Positions 50,801-62,989 of a DNA stretch of 64,000 nt are shown here, in pieces (position 1 is the stretch's first letter; every line of letters begins with the position of its first letter). Source of the DNA: Mobula hypostoma (Eukaryota); NCBI RefSeq assembly GCF_963921235.1, contig NC_086108.1:86554001-86618000 (forward strand). The letters are read 5' to 3'. A model generated the notes under the pieces. It did not search any database, was not told the origin of the DNA, and was given only the letters and a program-made list of their open reading frames with translations. The position numbers were made by a program, and so were the translations under genes.

Positions 50801-51186
50801 GCCGTGGCTGGTGGGGTGGAGTTAAATCTCTATCAAAGGAGGTGTAAGACGCTCCTTCCCCTGCTAGTCAGCAAATCATCCCTGGGCAAGGCATGACGCT
50901 TGCTTAGTCCCCTAATCAGGGAAACGTGAAGCCACGGGAGCCGGTGGTGGATGGTCGTATGAGCAGTTGGTGCATATCACAAGTCCTGGCGATGCTACCA
51001 CTGATGCCAGGCAGACAATCTCTAAAGAGTATTGATAATGGCTGGGGCCACCCGCCTGGCAAAGACACTGCCTGGCAGAAGGTAATGGCAAAGAACTTTT
51101 GTTGGAAAAGTTGCCAGGGACAATCATGGATCTGGACAAGAACATGATCGTCCATGAAAAATGATACGGCACATAATGACGATGAT
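50801..51186 (+). mobile_element. Short non-coding retroelement with RTE-type 3' end and (GAT)n tail
   Basis: gaaggtaatggcaaa...ttgccagggacaatcatgga resembles the RTE/Bov-A UTR motif; ends aatgacgatgat. Confidence 0.55.
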
Positions 51187-52072
51187 TTTGATATTATAGC
51201 ATACTATGGTATATCCTGCATTATATTAGGTTGTACATAGTATACAGTGCAATACTAATATGCTGAGTTACACTAGGCTGTGCTGGAGTGGATGTTGTTA
51301 TAAGATGCTTTTATATATCAAGCTGTGCTTTAATGTTAAGGCACATTATATTGTTGTTCTATACAATATGCTGTTGAATTCTCTTATGCTGTGTTAAATT
51401 GGACTTGGCTGTATAGTATTGTGTTGCACATACTGTTGTGCTCTGTGGTAGTATTTTGTGCTCTGCTATAGCACACTGGACTGTAGTCCTTTCTCTATGT
51501 CATTGCTTACGGTCTAAATATGCAAATTCCCAATATGTCATGAAACTGTGTCCTGGTTCAGCAGTATTTTTTAATTTTACACTAATTACCTTTTGCTACA
51601 GGCTTAATGCATTCTAATCAAAGGATATTTGTCTTAACACAGTCTCACATTTTATGGTCGGAAGATTCTTTCAAATTCCAATCAAGACCTTGGCACAAAC
51701 CATTTTATGGGATTACTGCACATGACAAAACAAATAATGTTGCCCCGAATTCCATACAATTTATGTCACTTCAGAGAAATATTAATTGACTAGAAAGTCA
51801 GGTAAGAGTTCGTTGTGAATTTCTAAAACAAAGGAACTGTGGAAGTTTTCTTCTATGGTAGCATAGTAATTAAATTATTGGATTAGTAAGCAGAGGTTAG
51901 GGTCACCAATCCAGAGTGCAGATCTCACTGGGACAGCTGGGAATTTAAGTTTAGACAATTAAATAATTTTTTTCATTAACAAGGAAGCATTAGTGATGGC
52001 AATCATAAAATTAACAGGTTGGCATTAAAACCTCTCTGGCGTGCTTTATTATCAGGAATACAACACATTTCT

Positions 52073-52871
52073 CCCTTACCACCATTCAGGGCCCCAGACA
52101 GTCCTTCCAGGTGAAGCGACACTTCACCTGTGAGTCAGCTGGGGTGATATACTGCGTCCGGTGCTCCCGATGTGGCCTTCTATATATTGGCGAGACCCGA
52201 CACAGACTGGGAGATCGCTTTGCTGAACACCTACGCTCTGTCCACCAGAGAAAGCAGGATCTCCCAGTGGCCACACATTTTAATTCCACATCCCATTCCC
52301 ATTCTGATATGTCTATCCATAGCCTCCTCTACTGTAAAGATGAAGCCACACTCAGGTTGGAGGAACAACACCTTATATTCCATCTGAGTAGCCTCCAACC
52401 TGATGGCATGAATATTGACTTCTCTAACTTCCGCTAATGCCCCACCTCCCCCTCGTACCCCATCCGTTATTTATTTATATACACACATTCTTTCTCTCTC
52501 TCTCTCTCTCCTTTTTCTCCCTCTGTTCCTCTGACTATATCCCTTGCCCATCCTCAGGGGTCCCCCCCCCCGCTTTCCTTCTCCCTGGGCCTCCTGTCCC
52601 ATGATCCTCTCATATCCCTTTTGCCAACCACCTGTCCAGTTCTTGGCTCCATCCCTCCCCCTCCTGTCTTCTCCTATCATTTTGGATCTCCCCCTCCCCC
52701 TCCCACTTTCAAATCTCTTACTCACTCTTCCTTCAGTTAGTCCTGACGAAGGGTCTCGGCCCGAAACGTCTACTGTACCTCTTCCTAGAGATGCTGCCTG
52801 GCCTGCTGCGTTCACCAGCAACTTTGATGTGTGTTGCTTGAATTTCCAGCATCTGCAGAATTCCTCGTGTG
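52073..52871 (+). mobile_element. 5'-truncated young Penelope (GIY-YIG end and tail)
   Basis: ORF 52111..52437 (GVIYCVRCSRCGLLYIGET); exact 11-bp TSD AACACATTTCT (52062-52072 / 52872-52882). Confidence 0.93.
52739..52774 (+). ncRNA. Minimal hammerhead ribozyme motif in Penelope tail
   Basis: CTGACGA 52743-52749, helix II GGGT/GCCC, GAAA 52763-52766, cleavage triplet GTC 52768-52770. Confidence 0.7.
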
Positions 52872-52915
52872 AACACATTTCTAATACTTTTTTCCACTTT
52901 GTCCACCTCTTCCAG

Positions 52916-52990
52916 AAGTCGCATCCTTGCATATTTAGTGATGACGTTGGTTACTGGGAAATCTGCATCCACACTTGTTTTCACCCATGC
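52916..52990 (+). other. Candidate 75-nt symmetric exon of an unidentified host transcript
   Basis: Branch-like CTAAT at 52881, ~25-nt pyrimidine tract, CAG acceptor and GTGAGT donor; two frames are open; product not recognised. Confidence 0.35.
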
Positions 52991-54774
52991 GTGAGTCCAG
53001 ACCCAACCACATCCTCTGAAATAACTCAGCAAACCACTCAGTTAAGGAGGAAGTTCAAATGGGCATCTCAGGGTGGCATCCACCTTCTTCAAATGAATAA
53101 AAACGCACTGATCAGTTCTACATTCAGTACTGTTTGCATCTCATTTCCAATATACCTGATATATTGAAGTGGAGATTAGTGGTGCTACATATTTAAATTC
53201 ACAGCATTTATATTTACAAATTTATTAGTATAAAGATAGATTCTGGAATCGAAGATCTATAGTGGCCAGGTCCATATGGAGATGGTGAATACACAAATTC
53301 AGGGAAAGTGAAAAATGCTGATAGTTTGAGGTGTTATTATTACAGCTATGGGAGACTTTCTGAATAGTTATTTTCTTCCTTTAAACTAAGATAGACTTTT
53401 TCAGCTAGTCTGGAGCTTTGAGGGACCCTTTGCTACAGTTGACAACTTTTCAGGTGCATTTATGGCATTCCCCACTGAAGTGCTATTATTGTGGAGAATG
53501 GAATAAAGAAGGGTGAGGTACATTTAAAGATAACACACCCCACAAGCTCTTGTCCCCAAAAAACAATGTGCCTGAGATGGATTTGATAGACATCGAAATA
53601 ATGATTCATAATTCACCAATATTGCCATTTTTACATCCTGTAACAGTTGGAATCTGGAATACTTGCAAACTTCCACAACCACCTTCTTCTGCAGAGCAGA
53701 CCTGTCAATGATAAGATGAATGAGATCTTTCTAATCTGGTTAAGATTCGATAAATACAGTAATAATCATTCATAATTCATCCTTGCTGAACTTGCAGGTA
53801 CCTCAAATCAATTGTACATAGTTACTAAAGACATCATCTTTTGCTGTTTCACCGGCAGAGGGTGTCTGCATGTTTGGCTTGAGTTGCTATGCCTAGAATT
53901 TGCGGTCTAAAGCATATTATATCTACATTATGTATTGTCACGTCACTGGGAACTGGATAACTAGCCCCTTGATCGGCTAGTCATAAAGCGAACATCAGCT
54001 CCCATAATCACTGACAAACATGATGCAGGGAATACCTTGTCTGATGTTTCTCCTAGACGTACAGAAGTGTTGTTTGTAACAGCACTTATTGGGTTAAGTT
54101 ACTCCCAACAGTTGCAGAGTGCTTGATAGCAGGTTCTAAACCCATAGTCTCCATTGTCTGGTGACAAGAGGAATGAGCGCATGCAAATTCACCTCCGAAT
54201 CACACACCGTCCGGATAAGGAATATAACACAGTTCCTTCATCATTGCCAGGTCTAAATCCTGGGACCCTCTACATAACCGTACTGTTGGAGCAATCATTG
54301 AGAACTTGTTGACTGTAAAACCCACTGCAGGCATAGTCTTACAGAGTAGCACTAGTGCTTCAAGAAAGCAGCCCAATCAATGACAGTTGCGGATTGGTAA
54401 CAAACACAAGACTTGTCACTGATGCCCAGATCCTATGAATGATTAGATAAAATATGTTGCTGTGCAGATGGTAAAAGACATTGGAAAACCTCCTACAGAT
54501 TTGCCTGAACTCAGAAGGAATTCATCAAGCAGCAAGCAAAATGAGGTGGCAAAAGAACTGCAGTAACAAGTTTCACAGTGAAAATAATGCCACACATCTG
54601 TTTTTGTGGGGGGGAAACAGAACATTAAAATATTTTTCTTAAGCCAGAGAGAGAAAAGTAATCTGTGGGCCACAGGAATATAGAGGCTGTTTACCTTCAG
54701 TGTGTTTTGAAAGACCAACCACAAATAATATACATTTGTCTTGTTATTTTTTACTTAAGTAACAGGAAATCTCT

Positions 54775-55225
54775 ACAACACACTCAAAATGCTGGAGGAA
54801 TTCAGCAGGCCAGGAAGCATATATAGAAAAGAGTAAACAGCCAATGCTTTGGGCCGAGACCCTTCTTCAGGACTGGAAAGGAAGGGGAGAAGTCAAAGTA
54901 AGAAGGTGGGGAGACGAGGAAGAAGAACAAGATGGTTGATGATGGGTGAAACCGGGAGGGGGAGAGGGAGTGAAGTAAACAGCAGGGAAGTTGATTGGTG
55001 AAAGAGACAAAGGGCTGGAGGAGGGGGGAATTTGATAGAAGAGGATAGAAGATGATGGAGAAAAAGAAAGGGGGAAGAGTTCCAAGGGGAAGTGTTGGGC
55101 AAGTAAGGAGATAAGATGAGAGAGAGCAACTGGATAGGGAATGGTGAAGGTGAGGGGCAGGCAGCATTACCAGAAATTCGAGAAATTATTGCTCATGCCA
55201 TCAGGTTAGAGGCTACCCAGATGGA
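54775..55225 (-). mobile_element. Penelope tail
   Basis: aaatgctggaggaattcagc...gggccgagacccttcttcaggact through catgccatcaggttagaggctacccaga. Confidence 0.82.
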
Positions 55226-55741
55226 AATCTCTGCATGATCTGTAACATATTTGTGTACATATTCTTTATAAGCAGGTTTACAACTTCAGTACGTATGTTG
55301 TGCAATAAATTGGAGAGCCTGAATGAATACTTCTCTTCTGCATCCAGCAGAGAGAGGGATCCTGACAAACATGAAGACAATGTAAAACAGGCTGATATGA
55401 TGGAACATGTCAATGTTATGAAAGATGATGTGCTGGAACTTTTCAAAAACATTAGGACAGGTAAGACCCCAGGAACAAATAGGCTGTTCCACTGGTTAGT
55501 GCGGGAAGTGAGGGAAGAGATTACTGTGCCTTTGGTAATGATATTTTGTGTCTTCATTGGCCACTGGAGTAGTGACACTGGATTAAAGGGTGCCAAATGT
55601 TATTTGTTTCTTCAAGAAAGGTGATAGGGAAAATCCTGAGAATTATGGACCAGTGTGTCTTATGTCAGTGTTGGGCAAATGAAGAATTCTTAGAGAAGCA
55701 TTTGCAAAGATTTGGAGAAGCATACATAGTCTGATGTGGGA

Positions 55742-56222
55742 TAACCTGACAAAATGAACATCGATTTGTCCAACTTGCAGTATTTTTTCCCCCTTTCCCT
55801 TCTCTCCTTTTACACTCCCCATTCTGGCTCCCCCTTTACCCATTCTCTTCTCCTCACCTGCCTATCACCCATCTCTGGCGGCCCTCCTCATGCAGTTTCT
55901 TCTATTCTCCCTTCCACTCAGATTCCTTCCTCTTTAGCCTTTACCTTTTTCACCTATCACCTGCATGCTTCTCACTTCATCCTCCCTCTCCCACCCACCT
56001 TCCTTCCCCCTCACCTGGCTTCACATATCACCTTCCAATTGTAGTGCTTCTTCTCTCCCCCTCTCTTATTCTTTCCCCTTCCTTTCTAGTTCTGATGAAG
56101 TGTCTCAGCCAAAAAAATTGACTCCTTATTCCTCTCCATAAATGCTGTCTGACCTGCTGAGTTCCTCCAGCATTTTGTGGGTGTTGTTCTGGAATTCCAC
56201 CATCTACAGAATCTCTTGTGAT
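55742..56222 (+). mobile_element. Penelope tail inserted in CR1
   Basis: MNIDLSN end of ORF, pyrimidine tract, ctgatgaagtgtctcagcc, gctgagttcctccagcatttt. Confidence 0.8.
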
Positions 56223-57122
56223 TAAAGATAGTTAACATAGCTTTGTGAAGAAGTCTGACTGAATTCTTTGAGAAAGTGACAAAACATACTGATAAAAGCA
56301 GAGCAGTGGGTGTGATGCATATAGATTTCAGTAAGGCATTTGTAAGCTTCCCCATGGTAGACTCATTCAGAAAGTCAGTAGTCGTAGTTTCCAGGGAAAT
56401 TTGATGCATGGATTCAGAACTGGCTCATCCATAGAAGGCAGAGGTGGTAGTAGGTGGACTGTATTCTGCCAGGAGGAGGTGGTATCTACAGGGATCAGTT
56501 CTGGGATCCCTGCTACTTCTGATGTTTATAAATGACTTGGATGAAGAAGTGGAAGGTGTGTTAGTAAGATTGCAGATGACATGAAGGTTGGTAGCATTGT
56601 GCATAACGTAGAAGGTTGTTGTAGGTTACAACTGGATATTGATAGGATGCAGAGCTGGGCTGAAAGGTGGCAGATGGAGTTCAATGGGAAAAGTGCAAAG
56701 TGAATCACTTTGGAAGGTTGAACTTGAAAACAAGGTTAATGGCAGGATTCTTATTAATGTGGAGGAAAGTGGGATCTTGGGCTCTGTGCCAATCGATCCC
56801 TCAAAGTTGCAACACAAATTGATAGGGTGGTTAAGAAGGCATATTGTTTGTTGGCCTTCATAAGTTCGGAGACTGAGTTCAGAGACGTGAGATAATGTTG
56901 CAGCCGTGTAAAACTCTGGTTAGACCACACTTGGAGCAGTGTATTCAATTCTAGTTGCTTCATTATAGAAAGGATGTGAAAGCTTTATAGAGGGTGAAGA
57001 TGAGATCTACCAGATGCTGCCTTGATTAGAATGCATGTCTTATGAGGAAGGTTTGAGCAAGCTAGAGCTTTTCTCTTTGGAGCCAAGAAAGAGAGGTGAT
57101 CTGTTAGAGGTATACAAGATAA

Positions 57123-57810
57123 GGTGTAGAGTCTTTTAAAACAGAAGCCTTTGTCCTCCACAAAGGTCACTGTATACCAAGTGGTCTGTGTCACCACCCT
57201 CCTTTATAGCTGTGAAGCTTGGGTAACCTACAGCTGTCACATCAAGTCCTTGGAGCGCTTCCACATAAGCTGCCTCCAGCGCATCCTGGGAACTACCTGG
57301 CGTGAGCGGGTGCCTCACGCTGAAATACTTGTAAAGACCAACTGCAGAAGTATTGAGGCCATGATCACCCAGCGTCAGGGGCACGTGATAAGGATGCCCC
57401 CATGTCAGCTACCCCGCAGAGTGTTATACGGCCAGCTACATCATGGTTGACACTCAGCTGGAAGGCCAAGGAAGCGCTATAAGGATTAGATGAAGAATGC
57501 TTTAAGGAAGTGCAGGATCAGATCCAAGGACCTGGAGGATGTTGCTGCTGACCGAACCACTTGGTGACAGCTGTGTAGGGACAGGGTTCATATTCTGGAG
57601 ACGGAAAGAACAACCAGAAGGCAGCAGAAGAGAGCCAGGAGAAATGCAGCCATGGTTGCCACCACTACCACCACCATTACTACATATACATGTCCTACCT
57701 GCCATAGAGCTTGTGGGTCCAGGATAAGACTGTATAGTCATCAAAGATCTCACCGTTAAGGGAGTGGACATCGTCATTGGATTTCGATGGACAACCAAAG
57801 AAGAAGAGAG
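57123..57810 (+). mobile_element. RTE LINE 3' part with (GAA)n tail
   Basis: TKVTVYQVVCVTTLLYSCEAW...LERFH..CLQRILG; 11-bp TSD ATACAAGATAA (57112-57122 / 57811-57821). Confidence 0.88.
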
Positions 57811-57959
57811 ATACAAGATAATAAAAGGGAATGATAGAGTAGAGAGCCGGTACCTTTCTCAAGGGTGGAGGAAAGTGTTGGGAGAAGGTAGAAGTATCCA
57901 TTGCAATTCACCTGTCACCACACAGGGCAACAGTGGGTGCAACCTCATTGGCACTCCAC

Positions 57960-58878
57960 TCAGTATGGTTCACCAGGCTGCTATTATTGTCTACAGTTCA
58001 ACATTCAACACAATTGTACCCACAGTTGTAATCAACAAGTTCCAAAACATGGTCCTCTGTACCTCCATCTGCAACTGAATCCTTAACTTCCTCACCGGGA
58101 GACCACAGTCAGTGTGGAGCAGAGACAACATCTCCTCCTCACTGACAATCAACACCGGCACACCTCGAGAATGCAGGCTTAGCTCACTGCTCTGCTTTCT
58201 CGAAACCCATGTGACCAGACACAGCTCAAACATCACCAATAAAGTTGCCAATGATGGACGTAATGTTTGCTGAATTTCAGCTGTTGAGGAGGAGGCGTAC
58301 AGCAGTACGATAGATCAGACAGGCGCTTGAGGAGAACTGGGATGTAATCAAAGACTCTCTTAAACTTCGACTGAGGTACCATGGAGAACATTCTAACTGG
58401 TTGCAAAACTGGCTGGTATGGGGTGGCGGGGGGCCTGCACAGGATCAGAAAAAGCTGCAGAAATTGTATACTCTGTTCACTCCATCATGGGCACTCGCTT
58501 CCCCAACATCAAGGACACCTTCAAAAGGCGATGTCTCAAGAAGGTGGCATCCATCATTTAGGTCCCCAACACCCAGGACATGCTCTCTTCTCATTGCTAC
58601 CATCAAGCAAGTACAGGAGCCTCAAGACACACACTCAATATTTCAGGAACAGCTTCTTCCCCTCTGACATCAGATTTCTGAATGGACAATGAGACCATGA
58701 ACACTACCTCTATTTTTCCCCTATTGTTTTACCTATCCTTTTGCATTATTTATTTAATTCAATTTTCTTTTTTTTATATATACTTCTTGTAATTTATAGC
58801 TTTATTGCATTGCAATGCTGCTACAAAACAACAAATTTCATGACATATGCCAATGATATTAAACCTGATTCTGATTCT
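57960..58878 (+). mobile_element. Decayed Rex1/Babar LINE
   Basis: YSSTFNTIVP, ENILTGCKTGWYG, HPGHALFSLLPS...FRNSFFP; (CTGATT)n tail. Confidence 0.82.
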
Positions 58879-59616
58879 GCACTTCTTTTATGCAGAGAGG
58901 TTGGTGCATGGAACACTAGGGTGGTGGTAAAAGCAGATACGATACATTAGAGACATTTAAGATACTTTTAGATAGGTGCATGGATGAAAGAAAAATGGAG
59001 GAGTTGGAGAAGGTTAAAGGTTCTGCAATACATTTTGGGCTGAAGGGCCTCTACTATGATGCACTGTTTGAAGTTCTCTGTTCTATGTTGACAGAGAAGA
59101 TCGTCATAAAATCCTTTGGTTTAATTATGCATGAATATTATAAAAGATTTTTTAAATATTTCAGACGAGTTCACTGAAATGCAAATTAAAATTCAAAACA
59201 CTCACTCAGAAGGCTCTAAATCAGGTTTTTTTTTTAAATAGCTCTTGTAACATTTAAAAATGGCTCATAGCAGATTTTAAAAAAAGGCAACATTCTCTTC
59301 CTTCTTGAAACAAATTGCTGTTCTGAGTGTCATTGTTATTTTGATTGATTAACGCATGATAGATGACTGATGCAACATAGACTGTACTCTATTCTGAGAA
59401 CTTACTGATCTATAAGGTTCATGAAAACAATAAAACTGAAACTTTGCAGTCACACCATTGTTGCTCAACAACAATGCTTCTGAATCTCTTTTCTGCAATA
59501 GTTAAAAGCAATAGGTGAGGAATGATTCTCCTCTTTGGAGGAGATCATGTTACAAATATTTCTGAATACATCTCTTCCAGAAACCAGAGTCAGAATCAGA
59601 TGTACATACGGTGACA

Positions 59617-60219
59617 CACAGTGGGGTGATTGATATGTTCGTGGCCCAAGGTAGAAGCGGTCTATTTTAGAAAACCTAGCACATTTATTTTTCAACATAG
59701 TCCCCTCCTACATTTACACACTTAGTCCAGCGGTCGTGGAGCATACGGATCTTGGACCTCCAGAAAGTGACCACAGCAAGGGTGATTGATAAGTTCGTGG
59801 CCTGGGTAGCAGGAGATGAGTTATACAGCTCTCATTACATGCACATACAGGTCAACTCTTTGAGTGATTATGAAGAAAGTTTGCAGTTAATAATTCATCT
59901 CCTTCTACCTTAGGCCACAAATTTATCAATTACCCCTGATGAGTTATTAACTTCAAACTTTCTGCATAATCACTCAAAGAGCTGAACTGCATGTGCATGT
60001 AACGAGAGCTGTATAGCTCATCTCCTTCTATCTTAGGCAACGAACATATCAATCACCCCTCCTGTGGACACTTTCTGGAGGTCGAAGATCCGTATGCTTC
60101 ATGACCGCTGGTCTAAATGTGTAAACGTAGGAGGGACTATGTTGAAAAATAAATGTGCTAGGTTTTCCAAAATTGACTCCTTCTACCCTAGGCCACGAAC
60201 TTATCAATCAACCCTCGTA
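59617..60219. mobile_element. Palindromic Tc1/mariner-type MITE (~600 bp)
   Basis: ~280-bp inverted arms; right end ttatcaatcaaccctcgTA; several internal copies of the terminal motif. Confidence 0.88.
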
Positions 60220-62321
60220 TAACATGAAATTGGCTATGTCACAGCAGGTGTTCGGTTTAAAAGTTTATCAGTTACAAAAATTAATAAATAGTGCTTTTAA
60301 AAATTGGAATATCATGATAGTTGTCATGGACCATCCTAAAATCTGATGGCGAAGGGGAAGAAGCTATTTCTGAATCATTGAGTGTGGGTCTTCATCCTCC
60401 TGTACCTCATCTCTGATGGTGGTAACAAGAAGAAGTCATGTCCCAGATGGTGAGGGTCACCTTGTGGATGTCCTCAACGATGGAGAGGATCATGCTCATG
60501 ATGAAGGTGGTTGAGTCGACAACCTGGTGCCTTGTGTGATCCTGTGCATCGGAGGCTCCATTCCAGGCTGTGATGCAACCAGTCAGGATGCTCTCTGCTG
60601 TACATCATCTTCCAATTACTCTTTTCAATACTTTGTTGAAACTGAGCAGCTGGTCTTGAAACTTCTGTGGGAAATTGCAAGTTTCTAACTTTTGTTCCTG
60701 CCATTGTATTTTCATGTCATTTCTGCATCACTGAATTTCCCACAGCATGTTGTTTATTATATACATAAACAATCTGGCTGTGAATGTAGGAAGCGCAATA
60801 AGTATGGTGCAGATAGGATAATTCATTAGAAGATGATAGGATATGGGAACAAAATTAGGCCATGTAGCCCACCAAGTCTGCTCCATCATTCAATTGTGGT
60901 TGATATTTCTTCAATCCCCTTTCTCCTCCCTTCTCCCCATAATCATTAACCCATTTACTAATCAAGAACCTATCAAACTCTACCTTAAATTTAGTGATTT
61001 TGCCTGCACCACACTCTGCTGCAATGAATTCCACAGATTAACCAGCCTCAGAATAAATCCCTTCAAATCTCAGATCCTAGACTTCCTTACTAATGGAAAC
61101 ACCCTGAATAACAGGCCAAGAGGAACCAAACTCTCCCCATATATTGTCTTCCATTGTTGGAAATTACATTGCTATTGATAGTGAGAGAACATTGAACTTA
61201 AACCTATACAGCATAGTACAGGCCCTTCAGCCCACGATGCTGTGTCGAACTTTAACCTACTCCACGATCGGTCTAGCTCTTCCCATGTACACAAGGCACA
61301 ACCCTCTAATTTTCTTTCATCCATGTGCCCATCCAAGAGTCTGTTATATGTCCCTATTGTATCAGCCTTTACCAATACCCCTGGCAGTACATTCCAGGCA
61401 CCCACCACTCTCTGGACATACATAAACAATACCTATCTCTGACATCCCCCCCTCAATTTTCCTCCATTCAGCTTAAATTCACCTGCCGTGTTCAACAACA
61501 GAATAATATTGATCAGTAAGTAAAATGAATAGACCAGTGGCAAATGGATTTAATGGGCTGTGTGTTCCTATGACACTTCATGATCTCAGCGGAGATACCC
61601 GATGCCACATAAACTGAAAGCACATGGTTTAATGCATTGTGCTCATTAAACCATTAGAACAGCCATATAGAAAGGAAGATGAGAAAAGGCATTTAGCTAA
61701 TCCCCTATCCCTGTGTAGTACAATTCTGTACAACTATAATCCATTCTGTGGATACAGTCTCTCAACATTTAAGATGGTGCAAGTGAAGTCCAGCAACTAC
61801 CTGCTGGTGGCAAATAAAACAAAGAAAACAATTGAATACTATATTAATCACACTTTTTCTGGTATACGGTTCACTGCTAAAGAAACCTATAACTTTCCTG
61901 TTGGAGTTGAGGCCTTGAACCGCCAGTACGACCTGGCATTTTTGAAGTGGAAACCGAAGGTGCAGGACGGTTGTGGTGCAGTAGGTTCAGGTTGAATCGA
62001 AGCGGCGGGGTCCGGGCCAGAAAGCGGGGAATGGGCCAATTGTTTGGTCGTTGCTGGAAGAGACTTGGAGGCAATTTGATGTGGCAGAACCAAGGCAAGG
62101 TGAGGCAGAGTTGAGGTGGAGCTCCTGACCAAGAGTGACGAACGACCCGAGAATTGAACGATTTAAGTGCCGGGCCAGACTAAAAAGGTCAAGATGTCAG
62201 GACTGGAGGTGAGCATCGGGCCAGTGTTCACCTTGCTGCTCCATGGGGTTTACTCATCTCTGCACTGAAATGAGAATGTGGCCTGCAACTAACTCACTTT
62301 CTTGAATTTCCGTTCAGCAGA

Positions 62322-62796
62322 TTGATTCCTGGGATGGCAGGACTTTCATATGATGAAAGACTGGATGAAGTAGGCTTATACTCGTTGGAATTTAGAAGAT
62401 TGAGGGGGGATCTGATTGAAACATATAAAATCCTAAAGGGATTGGACAGGCTAGATGCAGGAAGATTGTTCCAGATGTTGGGGAAGTTCAGAACGAGGGG
62501 TCACAGTTTGAGGATAAAGGGGAAGCCTTTTAGGACTGAAATTAGGAAAAACTTCTTCACACAGAGAGTGGTGAATCTGTGGAATTCTCTGCCACAGGAA
62601 ACAGTTGAGGCCAGTTCATTGGCTATATTTAAGAGGGAGTTAGATATGGCCCTTGTGGCTATGGGGATCAGGGGGTATGGAGGGAAGGCTGGTGCAGGGT
62701 TCTGAGTTGGATGATCAGCCATGATCATACTGAATGGCGGTGCAGGCTCGAAGGGCCGAATGGCCTACTCCTGCACCTATTTTCTATGTTTCTATG
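62322..62796 (+). mobile_element. Young CR1 3' end
   Basis: Intact C-terminal frame 62322..62705 (GLYSLEFRRLRGDLIETYKI); (TTTCTATG)n tail. Confidence 0.92.
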
Positions 62797-62989
62797 CTAT
62801 TTGCTTACCTTTAGTGTTTGCACGATTTGTTTTTTCACTCTGCAAATTGGGAGTTCAACGGTCTTCTTTTGTTTAAATGGGTTCTATTGAATTTCTTTGC
62901 TTTGTGGCTGTCTGTGAGGATTGTATTTCAAGGTTGTATAAACTATACGTACATATTTTGTAAATAATGTTCTTTGAACATTGAAAATT

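Larger units (their letters stand above)
55300..59090 (+). mobile_element. Decayed CR1 ORF2 and 3' end, split by Penelope, RTE and Rex insertions
   Basis: LNEYFSS... (55320), LTEFFEKVT...DFSKAF (56255), QGSVLG, KIADD (56570), KTLVRPHLE (56910) and 3' end 58880-59090. Confidence 0.8.

Noticed and set aside
53454..53512. Possible exon encoding LKCYYC (Ly6-like)
   Set aside because: Short match, weak acceptor, and no remaining Ly6 cysteine pattern nearby.
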